A stretch of 64,000 nucleotides of DNA from Spirochaetia bacterium (GCA_029880265.1 JAOUOT010000001.1:19485-83484); one strand, 5' to 3'. Shown: positions 18,299 to 28,373, counted from the stretch's first letter. Notes: generated from the sequence alone by a model not told the origin. Program-made: numbers and translations.

Positions 18299-19555
18299 TC
18301 AATGGCCCGTGTATTTTAAGAGATGGTCAAAAGATTTTTTTCCCGGGAACTGTGCGGCGATTACGACATCATTTGATTTAATTTTTATTTCGCCTTCAAA
18401 GATATCGCCCTTCTTTTTAAGCTCATTAAAAGAAGAACCGTCTATTACAACGACTCTAAACGCTCTGGGAGTTTTTAATTTAAAATATGCGCTTTGATTT
18501 TTCTTTAACTTTTTATTCATGGGTTCGTATAAAAAAGAATCAGATTCGCGAAAAGCGTTATAGATTAAGGGAAACAGGGCCGCTTCATCGGCCTTTTTTT
18601 CAACAATAACTTTATAATCGAGGGCCCATTCATATAGTCCTTTTTGCGTTTTTAACTTTGAATATATTCTCAAAATATATTCCCCTTTTTGGGGTAAATA
18701 TGCGCCAATATTATAAATATCATTATTTTTCTGTGTAAACGTCAGATTTTCAGCTAATGGAGATTCGTTTTTAATCAACCGCGCCATGATTAAAGCGTTT
18801 TTTTCAGATTTTAACTGAACGTTAATTTCTTTATAAGCTTTTATTGTGCCCTCGGGATAGTTTAATATTGAAAGTCCTGAATAAAAAAAACTTGGTCTTA
18901 AATACGCAAAATTCAGATACTGGTTTTTATCAACGGGTTTTTCAAGAAGCTGCCATTTGTCTTCAACGGGATAATGATCGTAGATAAATTTTTCAGGATC
19001 GGTTAAAAAGTAATGTTCCTGAAAACGTCGTACAAACTTCTTTTTTTCGTCAATATATCCGGCGCCCCAGGTTGCGTCTAACAGGCGCCATTTGCCTTCA
19101 ATTTCAACGGCGTTCCATGCGTGATTTGGTTTATTAAAAATATCAGAGCCGGCGCTGTAACCGTAGCCCTTAGAATACCCCTGTATTTTCCTGCTTTTTA
19201 TGTTTGCGAGTTCGCTCATTTTATTAAAGAGAAAGGCATAGCCTTCGCATACGGCCCTTTTTGACCTTAAAACCGATTTTTCGCTGGGAATTTCGGATCT
19301 TCCTGAAAAAAAAGACTTTGTATCATATTCAATATTTAATGTAATCCATTTAAAGATGGCTCTTGTTTTTTCATGATTATTATTTGCCGGTTTTATTAAA
19401 TACTTTACAAGTTCATCAAGCGATTTCTCATATTTTTTAGGAACATTGGCCGCGTGTTCATCAATCTTTTTATAAGAGACATCTGCATACAAAGAAAAGT
19501 TTAACGTAAAAATAATTATGTATTTAGCAATAAAAAAATATCTATTTAATTTCAT
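18299..19555 (-). CDS. Secreted transglutaminase-like cysteine protease-fold protein
   Basis: Signal peptide. Cys-His-Asp arrangement (RAVCEGYAFLF ... HAWNAV ... D) typical of the transglutaminase-like superfamily. Confidence 0.6.
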   Translation of the reverse strand: MKLNRYFFIAKYIIIFTLNFSLYADVSYKKIDEHAANVPKKYEKSLDELVKYLIKPANNNHEKTRAIFKWITLNIEYDTKSFFSGRSEIPSEKSVLRSKRAVCEGYAFLFNKMSELANIKSRKIQGYSKGYGYSAGSDIFNKPNHAWNAVEIEGKWRLLDATWGAGYIDEKKKFVRRFQEHYFLTDPEKFIYDHYPVEDKWQLLEKPVDKNQYLNFAYLRPSFFYSGLSILNYPEGTIKAYKEINVQLKSEKNALIMARLIKNESPLAENLTFTQKNNDIYNIGAYLPQKGEYILRIYSKLKTQKGLYEWALDYKVIVEKKADEAALFPLIYNAFRESDSFLYEPMNKKLKKNQSAYFKLKTPRAFRVVVIDGSSFNELKKKGDIFEGEIKIKSNDVVIAAQFPGKKSFDHLLKYTGH

Positions 19556-19630
19556 AGCTTATTTTAAATAATATATTTGACAGGTCAAGAATAAAGGTTA
19601 AAAAGATTTTGCCGCCCGTAGAAACTATTA

Positions 19631-20860
19631 ATGAAAAAAGAAGCTAAACAAACTGTTAAAAAAATAAGTATACTATCCCAGTATTTTTATCCCGATATAG
19701 CGGCGACGGGGCAGCTTCTGACAGAACTGGCTGAAGATCTTGTAAAAATGAATTTCGACGTTCAGGTTGTAACGGCAAAACCTTCTTATGCCGCAAAGAT
19801 AAGCGCTAAAAAGAATGAAATCTATCATGGCATCAAAATAAAAAGGTTTTCTGCCGCTCTTTTTTCGAAAAATAAAAAAATTGGCAGAATTTTTAATTCT
19901 TTGTTTTTCTTAAATATTGTTTTACTAAAGCTTCTATTCACGAAAAAAGACAGGCTTCTTTTGATTGTTTCAAACCCTCCGTTTCTTATGGCTGCCGGAT
20001 GGGTTTTAAATATATTTTTTGGCCAGAAATATGCGTGTCTCGTTCATGATATCTATCCCGATATTGCAGAGAAACTTGGCCATATAAAACCAAAAGGAAT
20101 TATATCAAAGACATGGCGAGCCTTAAATAAGTTAGTCTATATAAGAGCCGAAGCGGTTATTGTATTATCTGATGGGATGAAAAAAGAATTAAATAGCATA
20201 GATAACATAGATAAACAGAAGATATATGTGCTGCCTAACTGGGCCGACGAATCTTGTATATATCCGGTAAATCAGAAAGAAAACAGATTTATTAAAAAAA
20301 ATAATTTATTAAACAAGTTTATTCTTTTATATTCGGGTAATTTAGGTCTTTTTCAAAATTTAGAGAATTTAATAGAAGCCGCCGAAAAATATAAAAAAAA
20401 AGATATTCTATTGATCTTTATTGGCGAAGGCGGCAAAAAAGACAAATTGATGAAACTAACAAAAGATAAAAAAATAACAAATATACAGTTTTTACCGTAT
20501 CAAAAAAAAGAAGACTTGCCCTATTCGCTCTCGTCGGCTTCAATTTCTTTTATTGCGCTTGAGAAAGGCGTTGAAACTCTCTGCGCGCCCAGCAAAATTT
20601 ATTCTATAATGGCGAGCGGCAGGCCGTTTATCGTCTTATCTCAAGAAAACAGCGAACCCGCCAAGATTGCCAAAAAAAGCGGGGCCGGTTTTAGAGTAAA
20701 TCAAAATGATATTGAAGGTCTCATTGAAAAAATTGACTTTTTTTATGCAAATAGAAAGTCACTGAACATAATGGGTAAAAACGCCAGAAATTATTTTGAA
20801 AATAATTATAAACGAAATATGGTTACGAAAAAATACGCCGAATTGCTTCGAATATTATGA
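19631..20860 (+). CDS. Glycosyltransferase family 4 (WbuB-like)
   Basis: GT4 C-terminal Rossmann domain motifs (ILLIFIGEGGKK...EGV.ETL) and N-terminal glycosyl-transfer domain; 409 aa. Confidence 0.7.
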   Translation: MKKEAKQTVKKISILSQYFYPDIAATGQLLTELAEDLVKMNFDVQVVTAKPSYAAKISAKKNEIYHGIKIKRFSAALFSKNKKIGRIFNSLFFLNIVLLKLLFTKKDRLLLIVSNPPFLMAAGWVLNIFFGQKYACLVHDIYPDIAEKLGHIKPKGIISKTWRALNKLVYIRAEAVIVLSDGMKKELNSIDNIDKQKIYVLPNWADESCIYPVNQKENRFIKKNNLLNKFILLYSGNLGLFQNLENLIEAAEKYKKKDILLIFIGEGGKKDKLMKLTKDKKITNIQFLPYQKKEDLPYSLSSASISFIALEKGVETLCAPSKIYSIMASGRPFIVLSQENSEPAKIAKKSGAGFRVNQNDIEGLIEKIDFFYANRKSLNIMGKNARNYFENNYKRNMVTKKYAELLRIL

Positions 20861-20888
20861 AATTATTTATTTTTTGTATAAACAAGAC

Positions 20889-20931
20889 GACGGCGAAGTA
20901 AAAAACAGTTATTTTTTTGGGCTTCGCCGTC
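20889..20931. terminator. Possible bidirectional terminator hairpin (10-bp GC-rich stem, 23-nt loop)
   Basis: GACGGCGAAG / CTTCGCCGTC inverted repeat between the convergent GT4 and Cys-rich lipoprotein genes. The loop is unusually long, so confidence is low. Confidence 0.3.
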
Positions 20932-20943
20932 AGGGTCTTTAAT

Positions 20944-21216
20944 TTACTTAGGCTGACAGCCTTTTATATTTGTACCCGATACGCCGTTACAAGCTTCTGT
21001 CGAGCTGCAATCGGCATCAGCTGTGCAAACCTGAAGGCACTGTAATATTCCGTCATAGTCTCCGCAGACTCCCTCGTCTACGCATTCGTCAGAGCTTCCT
21101 AGGCTTTCGCACGTTTCGCCGACGTCATTCGCGCAGCTTACAGTAATAAAAAATATGGTTAGCATAGCCGCTAATACCGTTAAAAATTGTTTTTTCATTC
21201 TAAATTCTCCATTCAT
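20944..21216 (-). CDS. Small acidic Cys-rich lipoprotein (about 62-aa mature domain, about 10 Cys)
   Basis: Probable true start MKKQFL (around 21195). Lipobox TVSC. The mature part is rich in D/E and Cys with CxxxC-like spacing. No known family recognised. Confidence 0.5.
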   Translation of the reverse strand: MNGEFRMKKQFLTVLAAMLTIFFITVSCANDVGETCESLGSSDECVDEGVCGDYDGILQCLQVCTADADCSSTEACNGVSGTNIKGCQPK

Positions 21217-21321
21217 AAGATTTGAGAATACACAGACTTAAATAAGCATATTGCGTCAATAATTATCGGCCAAAACGAAAGAAATTGACAATATGAATCT
21301 ATTTTATTAAATTGCAGATAG

Positions 21322-22383
21322 ATGAGAAAATCAAGAAATTTTTTCACAAAATATTATAATCGTCTTAGAGAGAAGGGTCATCAAAGATTGACTTTTATGA
21401 TTGTTCCTCACAGCAAAAAACATATATATGATTTTCATGTAACTAAATTAACGGTATTTTTTATTGTATTTATTGTTTTCGCAGTGATTACGGCTTCATT
21501 ACTTTCAATGAGATTGCAAGATAATATAAGGGGCGAGGTTCATCAGCTCTATAAAGCCTCAGAATTATATTACAACGAAAGAAAAGAATATCTTTCGAAA
21601 CTAGATGAATTAATTGAAAATCAAAATGAAGTCAAAGATAAACTTTATTTTTATTATCAAGAGACCGATTTTCATCAGGCTGATTTGCCAGATTTTTTTT
21701 CAGAAGACTTTTTGCGCAGAGAGGCGTCAGAGCAGCTTTTTTTAGAAAGTAAAGATTTAATAACAAAAATAAATGTTTTACAAAATAAGCAATTTGAAAA
21801 AGACGTAATATTTTCAGACGAAGAAAAAAATCTGTTAACCGCCTGGGAAAAAAATCAAATAACCAAAGAATTTTTATACAATAACGACGTAATCTTATAC
21901 AGAATCCTGGGTCTAGAGATGAAGCAGACAATAAAGGCTCTAAATCAGCTGCAAAAAATGCTAAATGAGAGAACAAAGGTTCAGAGATCGCTGCCTTATT
22001 ATTGGCCGGTTGCCGGGGGCAGATTTACTTCTTTTTATGGCCAGCGATTATCGCCTTTTGGATACACCAGCGAATTTCACCTGGGGGTAGATTTAGCCGA
22101 TAGAGTGGGAACTCCGCTTTTTGCATCGGCAGACGGGGTGGTTATATCAAGAGGTTACGCTGGCGGTTATGGTCTTCGATTAATATTGCAGCATGATTTC
22201 GGATATCAAACTTTATATGCCCATCTGAACAGGGCAAGAGTTCGGGTGGGAGATAAAGTAAAAAAAGGCCAGGTAATCGGCGAAATAGGCAAATCTGGGC
22301 AAGTGACAGGACCCCATCTGCACTATGAAATAAGAATTCAAGATAAGCAGGTAAATCCTCTTCCTTATTTATCGGCCCTCTAA
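21322..22383 (+). CDS. M23 family metallopeptidase (membrane-anchored, coiled-coil linker)
   Basis: HLGVDLA (HxxxD) and GPHLHYEIR (HxH) M23 motifs. N-terminal TM. Confidence 0.8.
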   Translation: MRKSRNFFTKYYNRLREKGHQRLTFMIVPHSKKHIYDFHVTKLTVFFIVFIVFAVITASLLSMRLQDNIRGEVHQLYKASELYYNERKEYLSKLDELIENQNEVKDKLYFYYQETDFHQADLPDFFSEDFLRREASEQLFLESKDLITKINVLQNKQFEKDVIFSDEEKNLLTAWEKNQITKEFLYNNDVILYRILGLEMKQTIKALNQLQKMLNERTKVQRSLPYYWPVAGGRFTSFYGQRLSPFGYTSEFHLGVDLADRVGTPLFASADGVVISRGYAGGYGLRLILQHDFGYQTLYAHLNRARVRVGDKVKKGQVIGEIGKSGQVTGPHLHYEIRIQDKQVNPLPYLSAL

Positions 22384-22385
22384 AA

Positions 22386-23270
22386 ATGAATCCCCCTATT
22401 TCAGTATGCATTATAGGGCTTAATGAAGAAAAAAAAATTGAAGATTGCCTTAAAAGCGTAATCGCCATTGCCGATGAAATAATTTTTGTAGACAGCTTTA
22501 GTACCGATAAAACCCTCTCTATTGTAAATAAATACACTAAAAAGATTTATAAAAAAAAATTTATCGGTTACACCGAGCAAAAAAATTATGCCGTAAAGAA
22601 AGCAAAAAACGATTGGATTCTTTCGCTAGATTGCGATGAAAGACTTTCAACAGAGGCCGTTAGAAAAATAAAAGAAGAATGGAAGCTAGCCGAAAAAACA
22701 AATAATCTTCCCGCAGGATACACGTTTAAGCGTTTAACATATTATGTTTATCGTTGGATACGGCATTCGGGATGGTATCCTGACGAAAAGATACGTCTTT
22801 TTGATAAAAATTGTTGTAGATGGGAGGGGCTTGATATTCATGAACGGGTTTCTAAAAAAGAAAATGTAAAAAAGAAAATTAAAAAAATCGACGCCGATAT
22901 ACTGCATTATTCCTTTGACACAATTTCTGATCATATTGGAACCCTGGAAAAATTTTCAACAATAGGAGCCTTAGAGGCGCATAAAAAAGGAAAAAAATCG
23001 GGAATTTTTATCATCGCGAGCAGATCGTTTTGGGCGGGTTTTAGAAAGTTTTTTTTAGAATTTTCATTTTTAGACGGGGCAGCCGGAATAATTATTACGG
23101 GATTATCGGCCGCGGCCACCTGGGCAAAATACAGCAAATTATATATTCTAAATAAACAAGCAAAAGAACCGGATTTTTGCTCTAAGAATAAAATTCCGAT
23201 AAATATAGTAACACATGAAAAATCGAGAAGTATGGAGCAGACATTACGAGTCAGAAAAATCAAATCTTGA
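22386..23270 (+). CDS. Glycosyltransferase family 2
   Basis: VCIIGLNEE...DSFSTDKT...LDCDE (DxD) GT2 motifs. Starts 2 bp after the M23 stop. Confidence 0.75.
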   Translation: MNPPISVCIIGLNEEKKIEDCLKSVIAIADEIIFVDSFSTDKTLSIVNKYTKKIYKKKFIGYTEQKNYAVKKAKNDWILSLDCDERLSTEAVRKIKEEWKLAEKTNNLPAGYTFKRLTYYVYRWIRHSGWYPDEKIRLFDKNCCRWEGLDIHERVSKKENVKKKIKKIDADILHYSFDTISDHIGTLEKFSTIGALEAHKKGKKSGIFIIASRSFWAGFRKFFLEFSFLDGAAGIIITGLSAAATWAKYSKLYILNKQAKEPDFCSKNKIPINIVTHEKSRSMEQTLRVRKIKS

Positions 23271-23856
23271 AATTCCTGACGAGAATGTTGTTCGTTTTTT
23301 AAATAAATATTTTCAAAAGCAAAACAATCAAATAAGAGCGCTTGACTTAGGCAGCGGAAGCGGTCGTCATAGCCGATATCTTCAAAAATTCAACGCCCAA
23401 GTCTATAGTTATGATTTTTCGCATAATATCCTGGCAAAAATGTACGCAACGGATTCTTTAGATATAGAAAATTCAAATGGGGCCAATAAATCTGCGGGAA
23501 TTTGCGGGGTGGCAGAATCTTTACCATTTAAAAGCAATTCATTTGATTTAATACTTTCATGGGGAGTATTACATTATTTAACAAGAGACGCCGTCTCTCA
23601 ATCGATTAGCGAGATTTATCGCGTTCTTAAAAAAAAAGGCGAGATACTTGCGACAATACGATCAGATAAAGATACTCATTTATCTTCGGTATTAAAAACC
23701 GGCGATTTAAAAGAAGGAATCGCTTTGCTTTATTCCTATAAAGACGCGATCAATCTTTTTAGCAAATTTAAGAATATAGAATATGGTTTTATTTCTCGCC
23801 AGCCCATTGGCGATGAAAAAATCGTAGCTCATCATATTTTCAAGGCCCAAAAATAA
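23215..23856 (+). CDS. Class I SAM-dependent methyltransferase
   Basis: ALDLGSGSGRHS motif I and downstream acidic motif. ORF-track start overlaps the GT2 by 56 bp, so the true start may be later. Confidence 0.65.
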   Translation: MKNREVWSRHYESEKSNLEIPDENVVRFLNKYFQKQNNQIRALDLGSGSGRHSRYLQKFNAQVYSYDFSHNILAKMYATDSLDIENSNGANKSAGICGVAESLPFKSNSFDLILSWGVLHYLTRDAVSQSISEIYRVLKKKGEILATIRSDKDTHLSSVLKTGDLKEGIALLYSYKDAINLFSKFKNIEYGFISRQPIGDEKIVAHHIFKAQK

Positions 23857-24749
23857 TGATTTGCCCTGTCTGCGAAAGCGCGCGAACATATTTATGGGAA
23901 AATATTAAATATCAAAATTATAATTTGTTTATACGCAAATGCGTCTCATGTTCATCGTTATTTCAGTTTCCTGAAATAAAAGACGCAAATTCTTTATATC
24001 AACAGAAGTACTATGAAGGAGACGCCGATTATTCATACTATGACGAAAGAAAAAGTCATGCCGCTTCAAAAATTGTTTATTTATCGCGCTTAAAAAATAT
24101 ACATAAATTTATAAATAAAGGCTTTTTTTTAGATGTTGGATGCTCTTTTGGCGGCTTCGCCTATACGGCCTCTGATTATTATCAAAGTTTCGGTATAGAT
24201 GTTTCAAATTTTTCCATAAAAGAAGGAACAGTATGGTTAAAATCATTAGATCCCAAAAATAATTTTAAAGGTATTTATAAGGGAAGTTTGATCAATCTCC
24301 CGAAGATTAATGCATTTAAGAAAAATCATTTTGATATAATCACAATGATTGAAGTTGCGGAACATCTGAAAAACCCTTTGGCGAATTTTAAATCGGCTTA
24401 TGATCTGCTTAACAAAAACGGGTTATTGATTATACAAACGGCTAATTTTGACGCGTGGCAGGCGATTAATGCGGGTAAAAATTACCACTATTTTTTACCG
24501 GGGCATTTAGTGTATTTTTCAGCCAAAGCGCTGGAAAAGGCTCTAAAAAAAATAGGTTTTAGAAAATTTATTCAATATACGCCGGTTGATTTCTCTTTAA
24601 ACGCTAAATTAAGAAAATCTGGCCGAAATTTTACTGGCTTTTTTCGATATTTAAAATGGCTTTCAATCGTCTATTATCATTTAAAGTCTTATTTGCGCAA
24701 AAAAGAAAGGCCGCTTACATCGTCTTTTGTTCTATACGCTTTTAAGTAA
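23856..24749 (+). CDS. Class I SAM-dependent methyltransferase with N-terminal Cys4 zinc-ribbon
   Basis: CPVC...CVSC N-terminus. FLDVGCSFGGFA motif I. Start overlaps the previous stop (TAATG). Confidence 0.65.
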   Translation: MICPVCESARTYLWENIKYQNYNLFIRKCVSCSSLFQFPEIKDANSLYQQKYYEGDADYSYYDERKSHAASKIVYLSRLKNIHKFINKGFFLDVGCSFGGFAYTASDYYQSFGIDVSNFSIKEGTVWLKSLDPKNNFKGIYKGSLINLPKINAFKKNHFDIITMIEVAEHLKNPLANFKSAYDLLNKNGLLIIQTANFDAWQAINAGKNYHYFLPGHLVYFSAKALEKALKKIGFRKFIQYTPVDFSLNAKLRKSGRNFTGFFRYLKWLSIVYYHLKSYLRKKERPLTSSFVLYAFK

Positions 24750-24800
24750 AATGAAGTTTATTTTTTGAATTTTTTTTGATTTTATATTATAATTAAGAGT

Positions 24801-25985
24801 ATGGCAGAAAACAGTAAACCTATCATAAAAATATTAGTTATCGAAGACGATGAAATACAGAGAAGAATATTAAAAGAGATGATTCGACATTTGGCGAGAC
24901 TCAGTAAATACGCTTTTCATACAAAACTTGTATCAACCGGAAAAAAAGGCCTTCATATGGCAATTTCATTTAAGCCGCAGCTCATCTTTTTAGACGTTCA
25001 TCTGCCAGATATCAGCGGCATTGAAGTTGTCAGACAGCTTGCAAGAAATAAAATGCTTGAAGATACGCTCGTTTTACTTTTGACCGCCGATACCTCAGAA
25101 GAAACGGCCATCGCCGGCTTAAGTGCGGGAGCCAAAGATATTATTTTTAAACCTATTCGCGAAACTGAACTGGCCATAAAAATGGCAAATCTTTTAGAGT
25201 TAGCGAGAAAGCGCCAAACCCTTGATGAAATGAACGCCAAATTAAGAGAAGAAAAAGAGATATTTTCAAAATTTTTCTCGAATGAAATTATGGATCAAAT
25301 CTTAAAAGATAAAGATTTTTCAAAATTAGGCGGCATCAATACATTCGCCAATATTTTATTTTTTGATTTAAGAAATTCTACGGGTTTAGCCGAAAAACTT
25401 GGGGCAGATGAATTTGCAAAATTCTTATGCGATATCTTTGAAAATATTACGAATATAATTTACGCGAATTATGGGTCGGTAAATAAATTTACAGGAGACG
25501 GTCTAATCGCTACTTTCGGATGTCCGGTAGTGTACGGCAACGACGCTTATAATACGATAAGGTCGGCTTTAAAAATTAGAGATTTTTTTGAAATATACAA
25601 TGATTCAAGATCTGAATTGTTTATAGATCCTATTAAATTTGGCATAGGAATTACTTCAGGCAAAGTATTTGCGGGAAATATAGGATCGCATAACAGAATG
25701 GAATATACGGTTTTAGGCGACCCCGTAAACATCGCCAGCCGGCTTGAGTCTTTAACTAAAATTGCGCAAACAGATATACTAATTGACGGAAGCGTGCGCG
25801 ATATACTCGAAAATATTATAAACGTAGAAAAAACAGATTTCAGCAATATTAAAGGCAGAATCGGAGAACTTGATATATATGAATTAATATCAATAAACGA
25901 AGAAGAAGCCGTCAAATCATATATCGACACGGGTCAGGTAACATACGATAATATGGAAAAAATAGGTGAAATTAACTATTTTTAA
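24801..25985 (+). CDS. Response-regulator receiver fused to class III adenylate/guanylate cyclase
   Basis: REC residues present (EDDE, LDV phospho-Asp, TADTS, FKP). Cyclase motifs FFDLRNSTG and FTGDGLIATFG. Confidence 0.85.
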   Translation: MAENSKPIIKILVIEDDEIQRRILKEMIRHLARLSKYAFHTKLVSTGKKGLHMAISFKPQLIFLDVHLPDISGIEVVRQLARNKMLEDTLVLLLTADTSEETAIAGLSAGAKDIIFKPIRETELAIKMANLLELARKRQTLDEMNAKLREEKEIFSKFFSNEIMDQILKDKDFSKLGGINTFANILFFDLRNSTGLAEKLGADEFAKFLCDIFENITNIIYANYGSVNKFTGDGLIATFGCPVVYGNDAYNTIRSALKIRDFFEIYNDSRSELFIDPIKFGIGITSGKVFAGNIGSHNRMEYTVLGDPVNIASRLESLTKIAQTDILIDGSVRDILENIINVEKTDFSNIKGRIGELDIYELISINEEEAVKSYIDTGQVTYDNMEKIGEINYF

Positions 25986-26045
25986 TTGGTTATAATTATA
26001 TTTCTGCCGGCGCGATAATTTCTCTTCATAAAAATAAAATATATT

Positions 26046-27470
26046 TTACCAGCCAGTAAACTGAATAATATGAAATCCGTCATTCATATTTGACGTTGCA
26101 GAACTTCCGCTTTGTTTTAAGATTCCTATCGCGGCCTTATCTCCAGATAGAGACTTAAATATAGGTTCATGAGATAAAATCGAAGTATCTTGAGCAATAT
26201 CAGGAAAAATATTTTCATATTTTATTATTTTCAAAAGATTGAAATTATTAAAATTTCTTACTTCAATATGATTTTGGCTGAAACCATAAATATGATCGCT
26301 TTTTTTATGATAGACCCAGTCAAATATTTTCTCTGATACGCGCGTTTTTATATCGACTTTTTTTCCAATTAAATCATATTTTATTAAATTTCCGGTATCA
26401 TATTCTGTATCTATCAGATATTTTCCGTTTGAATCTAAAAAAAGTATCGAATTCTTATTTGCATCGCCTTCTATAGGTACCGTTTGAACATCAAAGTTAC
26501 TTAAACTTACAATATAAATAAGACGGGCCTTTGACTGGTTTGGTTTTTTATTATCGTTTTTTTGCCAAAATATAAATTTAGAAAAATCAGACGATTTGCC
26601 GTATGTATAGAAAGAACTTTCTTTATTAACTTCAAATAAAAGGGGTATTTGATTTTTTTTTTCAATTTCTCCCGTTTCTAAATTAACTCCCCTGATATAT
26701 ACGGTAAGCTTATTATTCAGATCTTTGACCCAGTAATAATAATATAAATACTTTTCGCTTATGTCTGTGCCTATAAAAAAATCAAACGCGCTGTCTTGAA
26801 ATTCGATTGGTCCGTCAATGGGTATCTTGGTACGAGAAATGATTCTTTTACTTTTAAGATCAACTTTTACATATTCTTTCACGTTTTCTTCGATAATATA
26901 CTGATTTTCAGGCACAAATTGTCTCATATTCTTACAGTAATATTGCGAAACTTCTTTTATAAATTCAGATTTGCTTCCGTCGGCGCATATGGGATTTTCT
27001 TTATTATCTCGTTTATAATACTTAATTGAAAAAATAAATCCTGCAGTTTGCTTTTCAGGGTTATAAAAAACCAAGTCACCCGTTGTATGATAGGTATAAT
27101 GCCAGTATTTTCCCGAAAAACGAAATTTTGTTAAGTCTGATTTATATTTTTCTATTTTGCCTTTTCTGTATTTTGGCATTTTAGGAGCGGGCGGCATAAG
27201 CTTTTTTACGTCAGGCAGTTTAATTATTTCATGAGTATTCAGATTGTAAATATTATGCTGTATTCCGTAAGAACCTTTTTTTTCCCAGGAGCGTACCCAG
27301 ATATAATCTTCAGGATGAATTCTTACCCCTTCAAAACGCTGTAAGCTATTCACGGTTGTAATGATTTTAATATTTGCCTCTACAGCGAAGAGAGATGCGG
27401 CGTTTATATGAATTATAAAAATTAAAAGACTATAAAATATTTTTTTTTTATACTTATAATTATTTTTCAT
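26046..27470 (-). CDS. Secreted hypothetical protein (474 aa)
   Basis: Signal peptide. No recognisable motif. Sits 48 bp downstream of the 27519..28373 gene. Confidence 0.5.
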   Translation of the reverse strand: MKNNYKYKKKIFYSLLIFIIHINAASLFAVEANIKIITTVNSLQRFEGVRIHPEDYIWVRSWEKKGSYGIQHNIYNLNTHEIIKLPDVKKLMPPAPKMPKYRKGKIEKYKSDLTKFRFSGKYWHYTYHTTGDLVFYNPEKQTAGFIFSIKYYKRDNKENPICADGSKSEFIKEVSQYYCKNMRQFVPENQYIIEENVKEYVKVDLKSKRIISRTKIPIDGPIEFQDSAFDFFIGTDISEKYLYYYYWVKDLNNKLTVYIRGVNLETGEIEKKNQIPLLFEVNKESSFYTYGKSSDFSKFIFWQKNDNKKPNQSKARLIYIVSLSNFDVQTVPIEGDANKNSILFLDSNGKYLIDTEYDTGNLIKYDLIGKKVDIKTRVSEKIFDWVYHKKSDHIYGFSQNHIEVRNFNNFNLLKIIKYENIFPDIAQDTSILSHEPIFKSLSGDKAAIGILKQSGSSATSNMNDGFHIIQFTGW

Positions 27471-27518
27471 GGTAATTGATTATATAAGGGTTATAAAACC
27501 CGTGATTATTGAATATTA

Positions 27519-28373
27519 TTAAAATACTTCGAATGGCTGCCCGGCTTGAACCAATTTATTCTGTGAATTACTTAGGTTGGTTCGAATATTCATCATACCT
27601 TCTTGTTTGGTCTTAAGATATTCTCTTCTTTTATCGGCCAGACTTACGATTCGATCATACTGCCCCAATATGGCGCAAACATCAATAGCAAAAATATGGC
27701 TCATTTCGCGGCATGTCACTTCTCTGCTTTTTTTATCGGCTTCAGATACTTCAACATCCATATAGCCCGGATCGTAAGACTGAGACGAATCTGTTAAGTA
27801 TTTAATATCTTCAGGCGTTAAGGCAAAAGCGCTTTCTAATTCTTTTAACAGAGATCGTTGCAATTCAACAATATTTAATGCCAACTCGGCATGTTTTACC
27901 CGCAATTTTGATATTTCAAAATCTTTATTTAAGCGGTAGTATTCCATTAGATCTTGATGATATTTTATATTTTGATCATTTGTGGTTAGCTGTAGTTTAT
28001 TTTCTTCTACCATACCCTGATTTTGAAGAATATCGTATAATTTAATTGTTTCTTGTATCGCAGGCGACTGTCCTTCTAGCCCGGCCAATCGGTTTTTAAT
28101 AACGACATACTTTTGATTAGCAATAACGACATTCTTCTTAATATACTGAATTTCGCTTCGAATAGATCCTATTCTGCTTTTTATTTCGCCAAACGAAGCT
28201 TGATCAAAAATAGCGTTGGAATCGTCTACATATATTAATTCAGGATCTTCAGGTAAGATTTCTTGAGGAGCGTCTTTCTTCACAAATAAAGCGTCAAAAC
28301 AGGACGATGTCAGTATAATATTTGCAAAAAATAAGCCCAATAGGGCCGGTCGAATTTTTTCAATCATAAGCAT
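27519..28373 (-). CDS. Hypothetical coiled-coil lipoprotein (284 aa)
   Basis: Lipobox ILTSSC. Long heptad-like region. Confidence 0.5.
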   Translation of the reverse strand: MLMIEKIRPALLGLFFANIILTSSCFDALFVKKDAPQEILPEDPELIYVDDSNAIFDQASFGEIKSRIGSIRSEIQYIKKNVVIANQKYVVIKNRLAGLEGQSPAIQETIKLYDILQNQGMVEENKLQLTTNDQNIKYHQDLMEYYRLNKDFEISKLRVKHAELALNIVELQRSLLKELESAFALTPEDIKYLTDSSQSYDPGYMDVEVSEADKKSREVTCREMSHIFAIDVCAILGQYDRIVSLADKRREYLKTKQEGMMNIRTNLSNSQNKLVQAGQPFEVF

